From sequence record MW883059: 64,000 bases of DNA; one strand, 5' to 3'. This document shows positions 1-9,665 of this stretch, piece after piece. The stretch's first letter is position 1, and each line of letters opens with the position of its first letter. The notes beneath the pieces were generated by a model that was not told the origin of the DNA, made no database searches, and saw only the letters and a list, made by a program, of their open reading frames with translations. Source of the DNA: Escherichia phage vB_EcoM_SYGD1. A program made the translations under genes and the position numbers.

Positions 1-59
1 GGACCAGAGTATAATGGTCCCGTGGAGTATAAAATCTTTTTAACAAGTGAGAGATAACT

Positions 60-548
60 ATGATTATTAATATTGGTGAATTAGCTCGTGTATCTGATAA
101 ATCCCGTTCTAAAGCAGCAGGAAAATTGGTCGAAATTGTAAGCATTCAGCTTAAACACGGCGTTAAAGATGAAGATTCTGAAGTAAAAGTGCGTATCATT
201 CCTAAAGATGGAAAGTCTAAACCTCAGTTTGGCTATGTTCGTGCGAAATTTCTTGAATCTGCGTTTTTGAAAGCTGTTCCTGCTAAAGGAATTGAAACGA
301 TTGATACTTCGCATGTAGGTGTAGACTTTAAGTGGAAACTCGGTCAGGCTATTAAGTTCATTGCTCCTTGTGAATTTAAATTTATCAAAGATGATGGTGT
401 GGCTGTTTATACTCGTGCTATGTGTGCATACATTACCGATCAGTGGGTAGAAGATGGTGTTAAGCTGTACAACGTGGTATTTTTAGGAACATACAAAGTC
501 ATTCCTGAAAGCTGGATTAAACACTATAGCAAAGCTCTCTATGCATAA
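60..548 (+). CDS. early protein, 162 aa; size and position consistent with T4 MotB
   Basis: ORF length equals T4 MotB (162 aa) and sits upstream of cef/goF-sized ORFs and gene 39; sequence not independently recognised. Confidence 0.45.
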   Translation: MIINIGELARVSDKSRSKAAGKLVEIVSIQLKHGVKDEDSEVKVRIIPKDGKSKPQFGYVRAKFLESAFLKAVPAKGIETIDTSHVGVDFKWKLGQAIKFIAPCEFKFIKDDGVAVYTRAMCAYITDQWVEDGVKLYNVVFLGTYKVIPESWIKHYSKALYA

Positions 549-645
549 AGTTTAAAATTTTTTCATAAAACTATATACATCAGTAGTTGATTATGGTACT
601 ATATCAATATCAACTACTGATACAGAAAACAACTTGGAGAATAAA

Positions 646-915
646 ATGGAAAACTTAATTATCATCGAACAATCTTTCAACGATTATGGTATGGCTTATG
701 GTTATCGTGCGATAATGGAAGATTCTCGTGGATGTGTTATCGATATTGCAGAATGTAAAGATTTACTGCAGCTTTTGAAGATTGTTCGCAAAAATTGGGA
801 TTGTGAAAACATTAAAGCTCGTGTTGTAACGGAAGAAGAAACTGTTTTTCATGATGTAAAATTCGCCAAAGGTGCTGCTACTCTTCTGAAACGCATCGCT
901 CCACTGTTCAATTAA
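646..915 (+). CDS. hypothetical early protein (89 aa from ATG; ORF track starts at TTG 634)
   Basis: ATG preceded by GGAGAATAAA Shine-Dalgarno; downstream of early promoter-like element. Confidence 0.5.
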   Translation: MENLIIIEQSFNDYGMAYGYRAIMEDSRGCVIDIAECKDLLQLLKIVRKNWDCENIKARVVTEEETVFHDVKFAKGAATLLKRIAPLFN

Positions 916-928
916 TGAGGAAATTGTA

Positions 929-1144
929 ATGAAACGCAAAATTGTTCAGAACTGCACTAATGATGAATTTGAAGATGTATTATTCGATCCAGATTTGGTA
1001 GTAGTTCAAAAGGAACACACCATTAAGTTTACTCACTTAACTTCGGTTTATGTTTATGAAAAGGTTGGTGATAAACAGCCAATTTACGGTGTATTTCGTG
1101 AAATTACTGAAGATGGCACAACTTACTGGAAGGAAATTTATTAA
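929..1144 (+). CDS. 71-aa protein, cef-like by size and position
   Basis: 71 aa as T4 Cef; stop overlaps next start (TAATG). Confidence 0.45.
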   Translation: MKRKIVQNCTNDEFEDVLFDPDLVVVQKEHTIKFTHLTSVYVYEKVGDKQPIYGVFREITEDGTTYWKEIY

Positions 1145-1563
1145 TGGCTATTAGATTTGAAGTTAATAAATGGTATCAATTTAAAAATAAACAAGCTCAA
1201 GAAAATTTTATTAAAGACCATACTGATAACGGAATCTATGCACGACGTTTAGGTATGTATCCTTTTAAAATTTTAGATGTGGACGCTCTTGGGCGTCCTA
1301 TTAAAATTTTGTCATCTACTGGAAATTTAGTACTATCTTCTGGTAAAGATGTTTTGGATGAAGACTTTATTTGGCTTTCAAAAAGTGAAGCTGGGTTCTT
1401 TGATGAAGTGAAAAATCCATATCAGGCAGCTGAAGAGCAAGAGCAGGAAGAGCAAGAACAAATAGAAGATTTCACCGAATTTCCTGTCATGAAAGTTACT
1501 ATTGAAAATAATGAGCAGGCCTGGTCCTTGTATCAGATGTTGAAAGCACACTTTAAGGAATAA
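1144..1563 (+). CDS. 139-aa acidic protein, goF/comC-alpha-like by size and position
   Basis: Size close to T4 goF (141 aa); [10 protein letters not shown] acidic tract; tight operon packing. Confidence 0.45.
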   Translation: MAIRFEVNKWYQFKNKQAQENFIKDHTDNGIYARRLGMYPFKILDVDALGRPIKILSSTGNLVLSSGKDVLDEDFIWLSKSEAGFFDEVKNPYQAAEEQEQEEQEQIEDFTEFPVMKVTIENNEQAWSLYQMLKAHFKE

Positions 1564-1565
1564 TT

Positions 1566-1742
1566 ATGCCAATGTATGATTATAAATGCCAATCCGAAGA
1601 TTGTGGGCATGAATATGAAAAAATTAAAAAGATTTCTGAACGAGAAAATGATGTTTGCCCTAAATGTCATCGTTTGTCTACTCGTCGGCCTTCTGCTCCT
1701 AAGCATGTGAATGGCGGATTTTACGACTTACTTAAAGGGTGA
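1566..1742 (+). CDS. small zinc-ribbon protein (FmdB-like CxxC...CxxC), 58 aa
   Basis: MPMYDYKCQSEDCGHEYE...CPKCH matches FmdB-family zinc ribbon pattern; below the 60-aa ORF track cut-off. Confidence 0.5.
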   Translation: MPMYDYKCQSEDCGHEYEKIKKISERENDVCPKCHRLSTRRPSAPKHVNGGFYDLLKG

Positions 1743-1744
1743 TT

Positions 1745-2116
1745 ATGTTTAAAATCGGTAAGAAATATCGTGTTCGCGAAGGTGAAGAAAAGAAATATCT
1801 ACTTTCTGCTATTTATAGGAATGGTTCTATTAATGCCGTAATATCTACAAGCGAATTTATCGTTGAAGATATGAAAGGTAATAATGTTACAATGATTAGT
1901 ACAGCATCTGGAAATGATGGAAAAATTCTTCACAGTTTTCAGAGTAATGTTCTAATTTATGATGAAGAATTTGACTTCTTCGAAGAAGTTCCTGAAGATT
2001 TTGATTTTGAATGCACTATCACTATGAAATCTGGTGACCCTCTTTCTTTTACAGTTAAAGATGAAAGAAGTCGCTTGAGAATTATTAGTCTCCTTCAAGC
2101 CATTAAATTTGAGTGA
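1745..2116 (+). CDS. hypothetical protein (ORF track starts at GTG 1739)
   Basis: ORF in operon context, ATG at 1745. Confidence 0.5.
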   Translation: MFKIGKKYRVREGEEKKYLLSAIYRNGSINAVISTSEFIVEDMKGNNVTMISTASGNDGKILHSFQSNVLIYDEEFDFFEEVPEDFDFECTITMKSGDPLSFTVKDERSRLRIISLLQAIKFE

Positions 2117-2381
2117 AATTATGAAATATGTTAATCGTTCTATCGCGGCATTAGTATTAGCAGTGTCTTTAGTAGGATGTACTGATGCTGATAATGCAAC
2201 CAAAGTTTTGTCTTCAAGTGGTTTTACTAATATTGAAATCACTGGATATAATTGGTTCGGTTGTTCTGAAAATGATTTCCAACATACTGGATTTCGTGCT
2301 GTTGGACCTACCGGGCAGAAAGTAGAAGGAACAGTATGTTCTGGTCTATTCTTCAAGGATTCGACTATCCGTTTTAAATAA
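2109..2381 (+). CDS. putative small lipoprotein
   Basis: N-terminal signal peptide with lipobox LVGC; followed by hairpin. Confidence 0.5.
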   Translation: MSEIMKYVNRSIAALVLAVSLVGCTDADNATKVLSSSGFTNIEITGYNWFGCSENDFQHTGFRAVGPTGQKVEGTVCSGLFFKDSTIRFK

Positions 2382-2400
2382 AAGGCCTTCGGGCCTTTAG
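2381..2400 (+). terminator. GC hairpin with UUCG loop (AAAGGCC-TTCG-GGCCTTT), weak U tract
   Basis: Inverted repeat read directly. Confidence 0.4.
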
Positions 2401-2423
2401 CTTTATGATTACCGGAGTATAAT
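2397..2423 (+). promoter_or_regulatory. candidate MotA-dependent middle promoter for gene 39
   Basis: MotA-box-like aGCTTTA, 12-nt spacer, TATAAT. Confidence 0.35.
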
Positions 2424-2450
2424 ATTCCCGAAACCAAACGAGGATAAGTG

Positions 2451-4268
2451 ATGATTAAGAATGAAATTAAAATTCTGAGCGATATTGAACATATCAAAAA
2501 GCGTAGCGGCATGTACATTGGCTCTTCTGCTAATGAAATGCATGAGCGCTTTCTGTTTGGTAAATGGGAAAGTGTTCAGTATGTACCTGGTCTTGTTAAG
2601 CTTATTGATGAAATTATCGATAACTCAGTAGATGAAGGTATTCGTACTAAGTTTAAATTCGCAAATAAAATTAATGTTACTATTAAAAACAATCAAGTAA
2701 CAGTTGAAGATAACGGTCGCGGTATTCCACAAGCGATGGTTAAAACACCTACCGGTGAAGAAATTCCTGGTCCAGTTGCTGCATGGACTATTCCAAAAGC
2801 AGGTGGTAACTTCGGTGATGATAAAGAACGCGTCACTGGTGGTATGAACGGTGTTGGTTCTAGTTTAACTAACATTTTTTCTGTGATGTTTGTCGGTGAA
2901 ACTGGTGATGGTCAAAATAATATTGTAGTTCGTTGTTCAAACGGCATGGAAAATAAATCGTGGGAAGATATTCCTGGAAAATGGAAAGGAACTCGCGTTA
3001 CTTTCATTCCTGATTTTATGTCATTTGAAACTAATGAGCTATCTCAAGTTTATCTTGACATTACACTAGATCGTCTCCAGACACTTGCAGTAGTTTATCC
3101 TGATATTCAATTTACCTTTAATGGTAAAAAGGTTCAGGGTAATTTTAAGAAATATGCACGCCAATATGATGAACATGCTATCGTTCAAGAACAAGAAAAC
3201 TGTTCTATCGCGGTTGGTCGTTCACCGGATGGTTTTCGTCAATTAACGTACGTCAATAACATTCATACTAAGAATGGTGGCCATCATATTGACTGCGTTA
3301 TGGATGATATTTGTGAAGACCTTATTCCGCAAATCAAACGTAAATTCAAAATTGATGTAACTAAAGCACGTGTTAAAGAATGTTTGACTATCGTTATGTT
3401 TGTTCGTGATATGAAAAACATGCGATTTGATTCTCAAACTAAAGAGCGTTTGACTTCTCCATTTGGTGAAATCCGTAGTCATATTCAACTTGATGCTAAA
3501 AAGATTTCACGTGCTATTTTAAATAATGAAGCAATTTTAATGCCAATTATTGAAGCTGCCTTGGCTCGTAAATTGGCGGCAGAAAAAGCAGCAGAAACTA
3601 AAGCAGCTAAAAAGGCTTCTAAAGCTAAGGTTCATAAACATATTAAAGCGAATCTTTGCGGTAAAGATGCTGACACTACTCTTTTCTTGACTGAGGGTGA
3701 TTCTGCTATCGGATATCTTATTGATGTTCGTGATAAAGAACTTCATGGTGGTTATCCATTGCGTGGTAAAGTTCTTAACAGTTGGGGTATGTCATATGCT
3801 GATATGCTTAAAAACAAAGAACTGTTTGATATTTGCGCAATCACTGGATTGGTTCTTGGTGAAAAAGCTGAAAACTTGAATTATCATAATATTGCTATTA
3901 TGACTGATGCTGACCATGATGGTCTAGGAAGCATTTATCCTTCTCTGCTAGGATTTTTTAGTAATTGGCCAGAACTGTTTGAACAAGGAAGAATTCGCTT
4001 TGTCAAAACTCCTGTAATCATCGCTCAGGTCGGTAAAAAACAAGAATGGTTTTATACAGTCGCTGAATATGAGAGTGCCAAAGATGCTCTACCTAAACAT
4101 AACATCCGTTATATTAAGGGACTTGGCTCTTTGGAAAAATCTGAATATCGTGAGATGATTCAAAACCCAGTATATGATGTTGTTAAACTTCCTGAGAATT
4201 GGAAAGAGCTTTTTGAAATGCTCATGGGAGATAATGCTGACCTTCGTAAAGAATGGATGAGCCAATAG
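2451..4268 (+). CDS. 39: DNA topoisomerase II large subunit, continuous 39+60 form (605 aa)
   Basis: N-terminus MIKNEIKILSDIEHIKKRSGMYIGSS; GHKL ATPase/toprim motifs; single ORF with no gene 60 split, mobA or bypass gap. Confidence 0.92.
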   Translation: MIKNEIKILSDIEHIKKRSGMYIGSSANEMHERFLFGKWESVQYVPGLVKLIDEIIDNSVDEGIRTKFKFANKINVTIKNNQVTVEDNGRGIPQAMVKTPTGEEIPGPVAAWTIPKAGGNFGDDKERVTGGMNGVGSSLTNIFSVMFVGETGDGQNNIVVRCSNGMENKSWEDIPGKWKGTRVTFIPDFMSFETNELSQVYLDITLDRLQTLAVVYPDIQFTFNGKKVQGNFKKYARQYDEHAIVQEQENCSIAVGRSPDGFRQLTYVNNIHTKNGGHHIDCVMDDICEDLIPQIKRKFKIDVTKARVKECLTIVMFVRDMKNMRFDSQTKERLTSPFGEIRSHIQLDAKKISRAILNNEAILMPIIEAALARKLAAEKAAETKAAKKASKAKVHKHIKANLCGKDADTTLFLTEGDSAIGYLIDVRDKELHGGYPLRGKVLNSWGMSYADMLKNKELFDICAITGLVLGEKAENLNYHNIAIMTDADHDGLGSIYPSLLGFFSNWPELFEQGRIRFVKTPVIIAQVGKKQEWFYTVAEYESAKDALPKHNIRYIKGLGSLEKSEYREMIQNPVYDVVKLPENWKELFEMLMGDNADLRKEWMSQ

Positions 4269-4297
4269 TTTACTTTACCACAAGGATGTGGTATAAT
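4268..4297 (+). promoter_or_regulatory. T4 early-type promoter (GTTTAC -35, TGTGGTATAAT -10)
   Basis: GTTTAC at 4268-4273, TATAAT at 4292-4297. Confidence 0.6.
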
Positions 4298-4322
4298 TAA
4301 TTGGGCAAATGAGGATATTGAA

Positions 4323-4526
4323 ATGAAATCATATAGAGTAAATTTAGAACTTTTTGATAAAGCAGTTCATCGAGAATATAGAATCATTCAACGCTTTTTC
4401 GATATGGGAGAAGCCGAAGAGTTTAAAAACCGCTTTAAGGATATTAGAGATAAAATTCAATCCGACACCGCAACTAAAGATGAACTACTAGAAGTTGCTG
4501 AAGTTATTAAACGCAATATGAATTAA
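4323..4526 (+). CDS. small protein, rIIA.1-like by position
   Basis: 67-aa ORF between 39 and rIIA. Confidence 0.5.
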   Translation: MKSYRVNLELFDKAVHREYRIIQRFFDMGEAEEFKNRFKDIRDKIQSDTATKDELLEVAEVIKRNMN

Positions 4527-4536
4527 TGAGGAAATT

Positions 4537-6714
4537 ATGATTATCACCACCGAAAAAGAAACAATTCTTGGTAATGGTTCTAAATCAAAAGCATTTAGCA
4601 TCGCAGCAAATCCTAAAGTATTTAAAATTCTATCATCTGATTTGTATACAAACAAGATTCGTGCAGTAGTCCGTGAATTGATTACCAACATGATTGATGC
4701 CCATGCTCTCAATGGAAATCCTGAAAAATTTATCATTCAAGTTCCAGGACGATTAGATCCGCGATTTGTTTGCCGAGATTTTGGTCTGGGCATGAGTGAT
4801 TTTGATATTCAGGGCGATGATAATTCTCCTGGGTTGTATAATTCATACTTTAGTTCATCTAAGGCTGAATCTAATGATTTCATTGGTGGATTTGGTTTAG
4901 GTTCTAAATCTCCGTTTAGTTATACTGATACATTTAGTATTACTTCATATCATAAAGGTGAAATTCGTGGTTATGTAGCTTACATGGATGGTGATGGTCC
5001 ACAAATTAAACCTACATTCGTAAAAGAAATGGGTCCAGATGATAAAACTGGTATTGAAATCGTAGTTCCAGTTGAAGAAAAAGACTTTAGAAACTTTGCT
5101 TATGAAGTTTCTTATATTATGCGACCATTCAAAGATTTGGCTATCATTAATGGTCTTGACCGTGAAATTGATTATTTTCCGGATTTTGATGACTATTACG
5201 GCGTAAATCCAGAAAGATACTGGCCAGATCGTGGTGGATTGTATGCTATCTATGGCGGTATTGTTTATCCTATTGATGGTGTTATTAGAGACCGTAACTG
5301 GTTAAGCATCCGCAATGAAGTGAATTACATTAAGTTTCCAATGGGTTCACTTGATATTGCTCCATCGCGTGAGGCTCTTTCACTAGATGATCGTACTCGT
5401 AAAAATATTATTGAGCGCGTCAAAGAGCTTAGTGAGAAGGCATTCAATGAAGATGTAAAACGATTTAAAGAATCTACATCTCCTCGTCATACATACCGTG
5501 AATTGATGAAGATGGGATATTCTGCTCGAGATTATATGATTAGTAATTCGGTCAAATTCACGACTAAAAATCTGTCATATAAAAAGATGCAGAGCATGTT
5601 TGAACCTGACAGTAAGTTATGCAATGCAGGGGTTGTGTATGAAGTAAATCTTGACCCTCGACTGAAACGCATTAAGCAAAGCCATGAAACTTCAGCCGTT
5701 GCATCAAGCTATCGTCTGTTTGGTATTAATACGACAAAAATTAATATTGTTATTGATAATATTAAAAATCGCGTTAATATTGTCCGTGGATTAGCACGTG
5801 CATTAGATGATAGTGAATTTAATAACACTTTGAATATTCATCACAATGAGCGTCTTTTGTTTATTAATCCGGAAGTAGAATCGCAGATTGATTTGCTTCC
5901 TGATATTATGGCAATGTTTGAAAGTGATGAAGTTAACATTCATTATTTGTCAGAAATTGAAGCTTTAGTTAAAAGTTATATTCCAAAGGCAGTAAAAAGT
6001 ACAGCTCCTCGTCCTAAAACTGCTACTGCATTTAAGTTTGAAATTAAAGACGGGCGTTGGGAAAAAGAGGAACTGTTTACGCTCACATCAGAAGCAGATG
6101 AAATTACTGGTTATGTAGCATACATGCATCGTTCTGATATTTTCTCTATGGATGGTACTACATCGCTTTGTCATCCATCTACGAGTATTTTGACTCGTAT
6201 GGCTAATCTTATTGGCATTAATGAATTTTATGTTATTCGTCCGCTTTTGCAGAAAAAGGTAAAAGAACTTGGTCAGTGCCAATGTATTTTTGAAACTCTG
6301 CGTGATTTATATGTAGATGCTTTTGATGATGTAGATTATGATAAGTATGTAGGTTATTCAAGTTCAGCTAAACGATATATTGATAAAATTATTAAGTATC
6401 CTGAACTAGATTTTATGATGAAGTACTTCAGTGTAGATGAAGTTTCTGAAGAATATACACGACTCGCTAATATGGTTAGTTCATTACAGGGTGTATATTT
6501 CAACGGTGGAAAAGATACCATCGGTCATGACATCTGGACAGTAACTAATCTTTTTGATATATTATCAAATAATGCTTCAAAAAACAGTGATAAAATGGTT
6601 GCTGAGTTTACCAAGAAATTCCGTATTGTTTCCGACTTCATCGGTTATCGCAACTCTTTAAGTGATGATGAAGTTTCCCAAATCGCTAAAACTATGAAGG
6701 CCCTTGCGGCCTAA
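4537..6714 (+). CDS. rIIA: rIIA protein (725 aa)
   Basis: Exact T4 rIIA length; N-terminal GHKL-like ATPase motifs; followed by rIIB. Confidence 0.9.
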   Translation: MIITTEKETILGNGSKSKAFSIAANPKVFKILSSDLYTNKIRAVVRELITNMIDAHALNGNPEKFIIQVPGRLDPRFVCRDFGLGMSDFDIQGDDNSPGLYNSYFSSSKAESNDFIGGFGLGSKSPFSYTDTFSITSYHKGEIRGYVAYMDGDGPQIKPTFVKEMGPDDKTGIEIVVPVEEKDFRNFAYEVSYIMRPFKDLAIINGLDREIDYFPDFDDYYGVNPERYWPDRGGLYAIYGGIVYPIDGVIRDRNWLSIRNEVNYIKFPMGSLDIAPSREALSLDDRTRKNIIERVKELSEKAFNEDVKRFKESTSPRHTYRELMKMGYSARDYMISNSVKFTTKNLSYKKMQSMFEPDSKLCNAGVVYEVNLDPRLKRIKQSHETSAVASSYRLFGINTTKINIVIDNIKNRVNIVRGLARALDDSEFNNTLNIHHNERLLFINPEVESQIDLLPDIMAMFESDEVNIHYLSEIEALVKSYIPKAVKSTAPRPKTATAFKFEIKDGRWEKEELFTLTSEADEITGYVAYMHRSDIFSMDGTTSLCHPSTSILTRMANLIGINEFYVIRPLLQKKVKELGQCQCIFETLRDLYVDAFDDVDYDKYVGYSSSAKRYIDKIIKYPELDFMMKYFSVDEVSEEYTRLANMVSSLQGVYFNGGKDTIGHDIWTVTNLFDILSNNASKNSDKMVAEFTKKFRIVSDFIGYRNSLSDDEVSQIAKTMKALAA

Positions 6715-6725
6715 TAAGGAAAATT

Positions 6726-7664
6726 ATGTACAATATTAAATGCCTGACCAAAAACGAACAAGCTGAAATTGTTAAACTGTATTCAAGTGGTAATTATACC
6801 CAACAGGAATTGGCTGATTGGCAAGGTGTATCAGTGGACACAATCCGTCGTGTTTTGAAAAATGCTGAAGAAGCTGAGCGTTCCAAAGTTACCATTAGCG
6901 GTGACATTACAGTTGAAGTTAAGAGTGATGTAGCTATTGCTCCAGTTGCTAAATCTGACATTATTTGGAATGCATCTAAAAAATTCATTTCAATTACTGT
7001 TGATGGCGTAACTTATAACGCAACTCCTAATACTCATTCAAACTTCCAGGAAATTCTTAATCTGCTTGTTGCAGATAAATTGGAAGAAGCGGCACAAAAA
7101 ATTAATGTTCGTCGCGCCGTTGAAAAATATATTTCCGGTGATGTTCGAATTGAAGGTGGAAGCCTGTTCTATCAAAATATTGAATTGCGGTCTGGTTTAG
7201 TTGATCGTATTCTCGATTCGATGGAAAAAGGTGAAAACTTTGAATTTTATTTTCCGTTCCTGGAAAATCTGCTGGAAAACCCAAGCCAAAAAGCAGTATC
7301 TCGACTCTTTGATTTCTTGGTAGCAAACGATATTGAAATTACAGAAGACGGCTACTTCTATGCTTGGAAAGTAGTTCGCAGCAATTACTTTGACTGTCAT
7401 TCAAATACTTTTGATAACAGTCCTGGTAAAGTAGTTAAAATGCCACGTACTCGTGTGAATGACGATGATACACAAACCTGTTCTCGTGGTCTACATGTAT
7501 GTTCTAAATCTTATATTCGTCACTTTGGCAGTTCAACCAGCCGAGTTGTAAAAGTTAAAGTACATCCTCGCGATGTAGTATCAATTCCGATTGATTACAA
7601 CGATGCTAAAATGCGTACCTGTCAATACGAAGTAGTTGAAGACGTTACTGAACAATTTAAATAA
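6726..7664 (+). CDS. rIIB: rIIB protein (312 aa)
   Basis: Exact T4 rIIB length; synteny with rIIA. Confidence 0.88.
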   Translation: MYNIKCLTKNEQAEIVKLYSSGNYTQQELADWQGVSVDTIRRVLKNAEEAERSKVTISGDITVEVKSDVAIAPVAKSDIIWNASKKFISITVDGVTYNATPNTHSNFQEILNLLVADKLEEAAQKINVRRAVEKYISGDVRIEGGSLFYQNIELRSGLVDRILDSMEKGENFEFYFPFLENLLENPSQKAVSRLFDFLVANDIEITEDGYFYAWKVVRSNYFDCHSNTFDNSPGKVVKMPRTRVNDDDTQTCSRGLHVCSKSYIRHFGSSTSRVVKVKVHPRDVVSIPIDYNDAKMRTCQYEVVEDVTEQFK

Positions 7665-7692
7665 GGGCTTCGGCCCTTAACTAAGGAAAATT

Positions 7693-7887
7693 ATGTTAGG
7701 TTATCAAGCACGAGTAAAAGAAGAATACGATCAATTAATGCTCAAAATTAATGCACTGAGCAAATTTTTAGAAAGCACAAAGTTTCTAACGATTAATGAA
7801 GTTGAACAAGAATTACTGCTTTCACAATTTACCTCAATGAAATCTTACGCGGATTGTTTAGAGAAAAGAATTGCGCAATTCAAATAA
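7693..7887 (+). CDS. hypothetical protein 64 aa
   Basis: ORF flanked by GGGCTTCGGCCC hairpins. Confidence 0.45.
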   Translation: MLGYQARVKEEYDQLMLKINALSKFLESTKFLTINEVEQELLLSQFTSMKSYADCLEKRIAQFK

Positions 7888-7890
7888 AAT

Positions 7891-7915
7891 AAGGGGCTTC
7901 GGCCCTTTTGTTTTA
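7891..7915 (+). terminator. rho-independent terminator (GGGGC-TTCG-GCCCC plus T tract)
   Basis: Hairpin followed by TTTTGTTTT. Confidence 0.7.
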
Positions 7916-7925
7916 AGGAAAAATT

Positions 7926-8255
7926 ATGATTTATTGTATGAATATCGGTGATTCCGACATAAAAGAGATTAAACTGCACGGAAATCATCACGCTAATATT
8001 GTGTACTGCAATAAATTTGAGTTTGGTCACGAAAAACTTGGAGTTCTTTACTGCAATGATGTTATAATCATGGATAAAAAGGAACTCGATGAACTCGACC
8101 GTGAGTCTTTAGATGAAAATGACAGAATTTATTATGGTACTCTTAAAGTATATAACGCTTATCTCAGCGGTAAAAAGGAAAGTCTAAATGCAGAAAACGA
8201 ATCCGGGTTTACAGAGACTATTTCAGATTCCGACATTTACCCTATCGAACAATGA
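7926..8255 (+). CDS. hypothetical protein 109 aa
   Basis: ORF; overlaps the next ORF by 68 nt. Confidence 0.45.
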   Translation: MIYCMNIGDSDIKEIKLHGNHHANIVYCNKFEFGHEKLGVLYCNDVIIMDKKELDELDRESLDENDRIYYGTLKVYNAYLSGKKESLNAENESGFTETISDSDIYPIEQ

Positions 8256-8745
8256 TTTGACTAGTGAAATGAAGGTCAAAATTGCTGATACAGCAAGATA
8301 CTCTTTAAAACAAAACCCGAACCAGGATAAAGCAGAAGTTATCGAAAGATGCCGTATCGCCGTGTACGCAGAGTTTTTTGTAGCAGATTGGCTAAGCGGG
8401 TATGTTAACAAAGGCCAAGAGGATGTTAATGACCCGTATACATACGCATGGGATGTATTGGCACACCCAAGATACTGCGGGCTTCGTGTAGAAGTTAAGA
8501 CACATCAAACTGACTCACGTTGGATTTCGGTAACAACCGGATGCAGCGGAGAGTATCCATACGGTTCTGGAATAAATCTAGGGCCCATTCTGAATCATCA
8601 GGTCGCTGACTGTATAATTATATTCAACACTAAAGAAATTCATCCAGGTGTCATCCAGTACACTCCGAAGTTCATCGGTGATAGAGAAGACCTTCGTAAG
8701 GTTGTAAGAAAAAGCAACTACAACGGATGGTATCTTTCCATTTAA
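8188..8745 (+). CDS. 185-aa protein, endonuclease IV (DenB)-like by size and position
   Basis: Same length as T4 DenB; located between rIIB and ndd as in T4; start uncertain. Confidence 0.5.
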   Translation: MQKTNPGLQRLFQIPTFTLSNNDLTSEMKVKIADTARYSLKQNPNQDKAEVIERCRIAVYAEFFVADWLSGYVNKGQEDVNDPYTYAWDVLAHPRYCGLRVEVKTHQTDSRWISVTTGCSGEYPYGSGINLGPILNHQVADCIIIFNTKEIHPGVIQYTPKFIGDREDLRKVVRKSNYNGWYLSI

Positions 8746-8762
8746 AAAATTTCACAAAACAG

Positions 8763-8791
8763 TTTACATACCACAAGGACTGTGGTACTAT
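8763..8791 (+). promoter_or_regulatory. T4 early-type promoter
   Basis: A/T-rich UP region, GTTTAC 8763-8768, 17-nt spacer, TGTGGTACTAT. Confidence 0.6.
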
Positions 8792-8825
8792 ACAACTATC
8801 AACTGATGCGGATTTGGAGAATAAA

Positions 8826-9032
8826 ATGTTTACTACAGCTGAATTAAAACGAGCAAAAGCTAAGAAAGGGCAAGGAAAATATAAAGCTGAATTAGTTAAA
8901 GAACTTCAGTTTGCTGAGGCTGAATTGAATTCAATGATTATTCAAAATGCTCCAGAAACTGAAATTGCTCTTAAACGTATTGTGAATAAGTGTCTTCGTG
9001 ATGCAATCGTCGATCTTTTAGCGGATTATTGA
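8826..9032 (+). CDS. hypothetical small protein 68 aa
   Basis: ATG after GGAGAATAAA Shine-Dalgarno. Confidence 0.5.
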   Translation: MFTTAELKRAKAKKGQGKYKAELVKELQFAEAELNSMIIQNAPETEIALKRIVNKCLRDAIVDLLADY

Positions 9033-9301
9033 GTAAAATGAAATTTAAATTTTATTACGCTAAACATAAAATAACTGATGAGTTTGTGTCAGTTGAATAT
9101 TCTAGCGATGATGAAGGTATGATTTATACTCGCTTGGGACTATCGCACTGGGAGTCTGACACGCCTTATTTTTCAACTCTCGAAGAAATTACACGCTTAG
9201 TTAATGGTCATATGAATGATCACTGGGATGTAATTCTTTCAGATAGTCTTAAAGCGGCTATTAATAGTAATGAAATGAAAATCGCTGGGATTGAACTATG
9301 A
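9029..9301 (+). CDS. hypothetical protein 90 aa
   Basis: ORF with ATGA overlap to upstream gene. Confidence 0.5.
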   Translation: MSKMKFKFYYAKHKITDEFVSVEYSSDDEGMIYTRLGLSHWESDTPYFSTLEEITRLVNGHMNDHWDVILSDSLKAAINSNEMKIAGIEL

Positions 9302-9380
9302 GTTCATTATGGTGGTGTTTTGTTTGGTTAATTAGTATTCCATTAATTTGTTTAACATTTACTTTTGTGATGAGGTTATT

Positions 9381-9479
9381 ATGAAAATTTTGAATTCTGT
9401 ACTTATTGCTTGTGCGTGGTGGGTTGCACAAGTTTCGGCAGTGGTGATTGGTATTCACATTTATTACGAATATTTTTAA
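9381..9479 (+). CDS. small hydrophobic peptide (32 aa)
   Basis: Short ORF encoding a single predicted transmembrane helix; below track cut-off. Confidence 0.3.
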   Translation: MKILNSVLIACAWWVAQVSAVVIGIHIYYEYF

Positions 9480-9486
9480 AAAAGTT

Positions 9487-9516
9487 GTTTACAAGACTGT
9501 TCCTCTGTGGTATTAT
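9487..9516 (+). promoter_or_regulatory. T4 early-type promoter inside a 9-bp inverted repeat
   Basis: GTTTAC 9487-9492, TATTAT 9511-9516; arms CTGTTCCTC 9497-9505 and GAGGAACAG 9533-9541. Confidence 0.5.
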
Positions 9517-9544
9517 TACCCTATCAACTACGGAGGAACAGAAA

Positions 9545-9658
9545 ATGAAAAAGATTGTTAAAGCTATATGGAATGTAGTTATAATACTAGTAGTTTTAAG
9601 TATATTCCCAATCGTTTTAATGATTGATGTATTAAACGCTTACTTTGGATTTATGTGA
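9545..9658 (+). CDS. small hydrophobic peptide (37 aa)
   Basis: GGAGG Shine-Dalgarno then ATG; single transmembrane helix. Confidence 0.35.
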   Translation: MKKIVKAIWNVVIILVVLSIFPIVLMIDVLNAYFGFM

Positions 9659-9665
9659 GGAAAAT

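Noticed and set aside
1-35. GGACC...GGTCC inverted repeat with TATAAT at the window start
   Set aside because: Truncated by the window edge; cannot tell whether it is a promoter, terminator or part of an upstream gene.
1952-2518. 188-aa minus-strand ORF
   Set aside because: Spans two plus-strand genes, an intergenic hairpin and the gene 39 start; low-complexity translation; antisense to a tightly packed operon, so most likely spurious.
7663-7678. GGGCTTCGGCCC hairpins at 7663-7678, 30024-30041 and 46659-46674 as terminators
   Set aside because: Stable UUCG-loop stems but no downstream U tract; more likely RNA stability or processing elements than intrinsic terminators.
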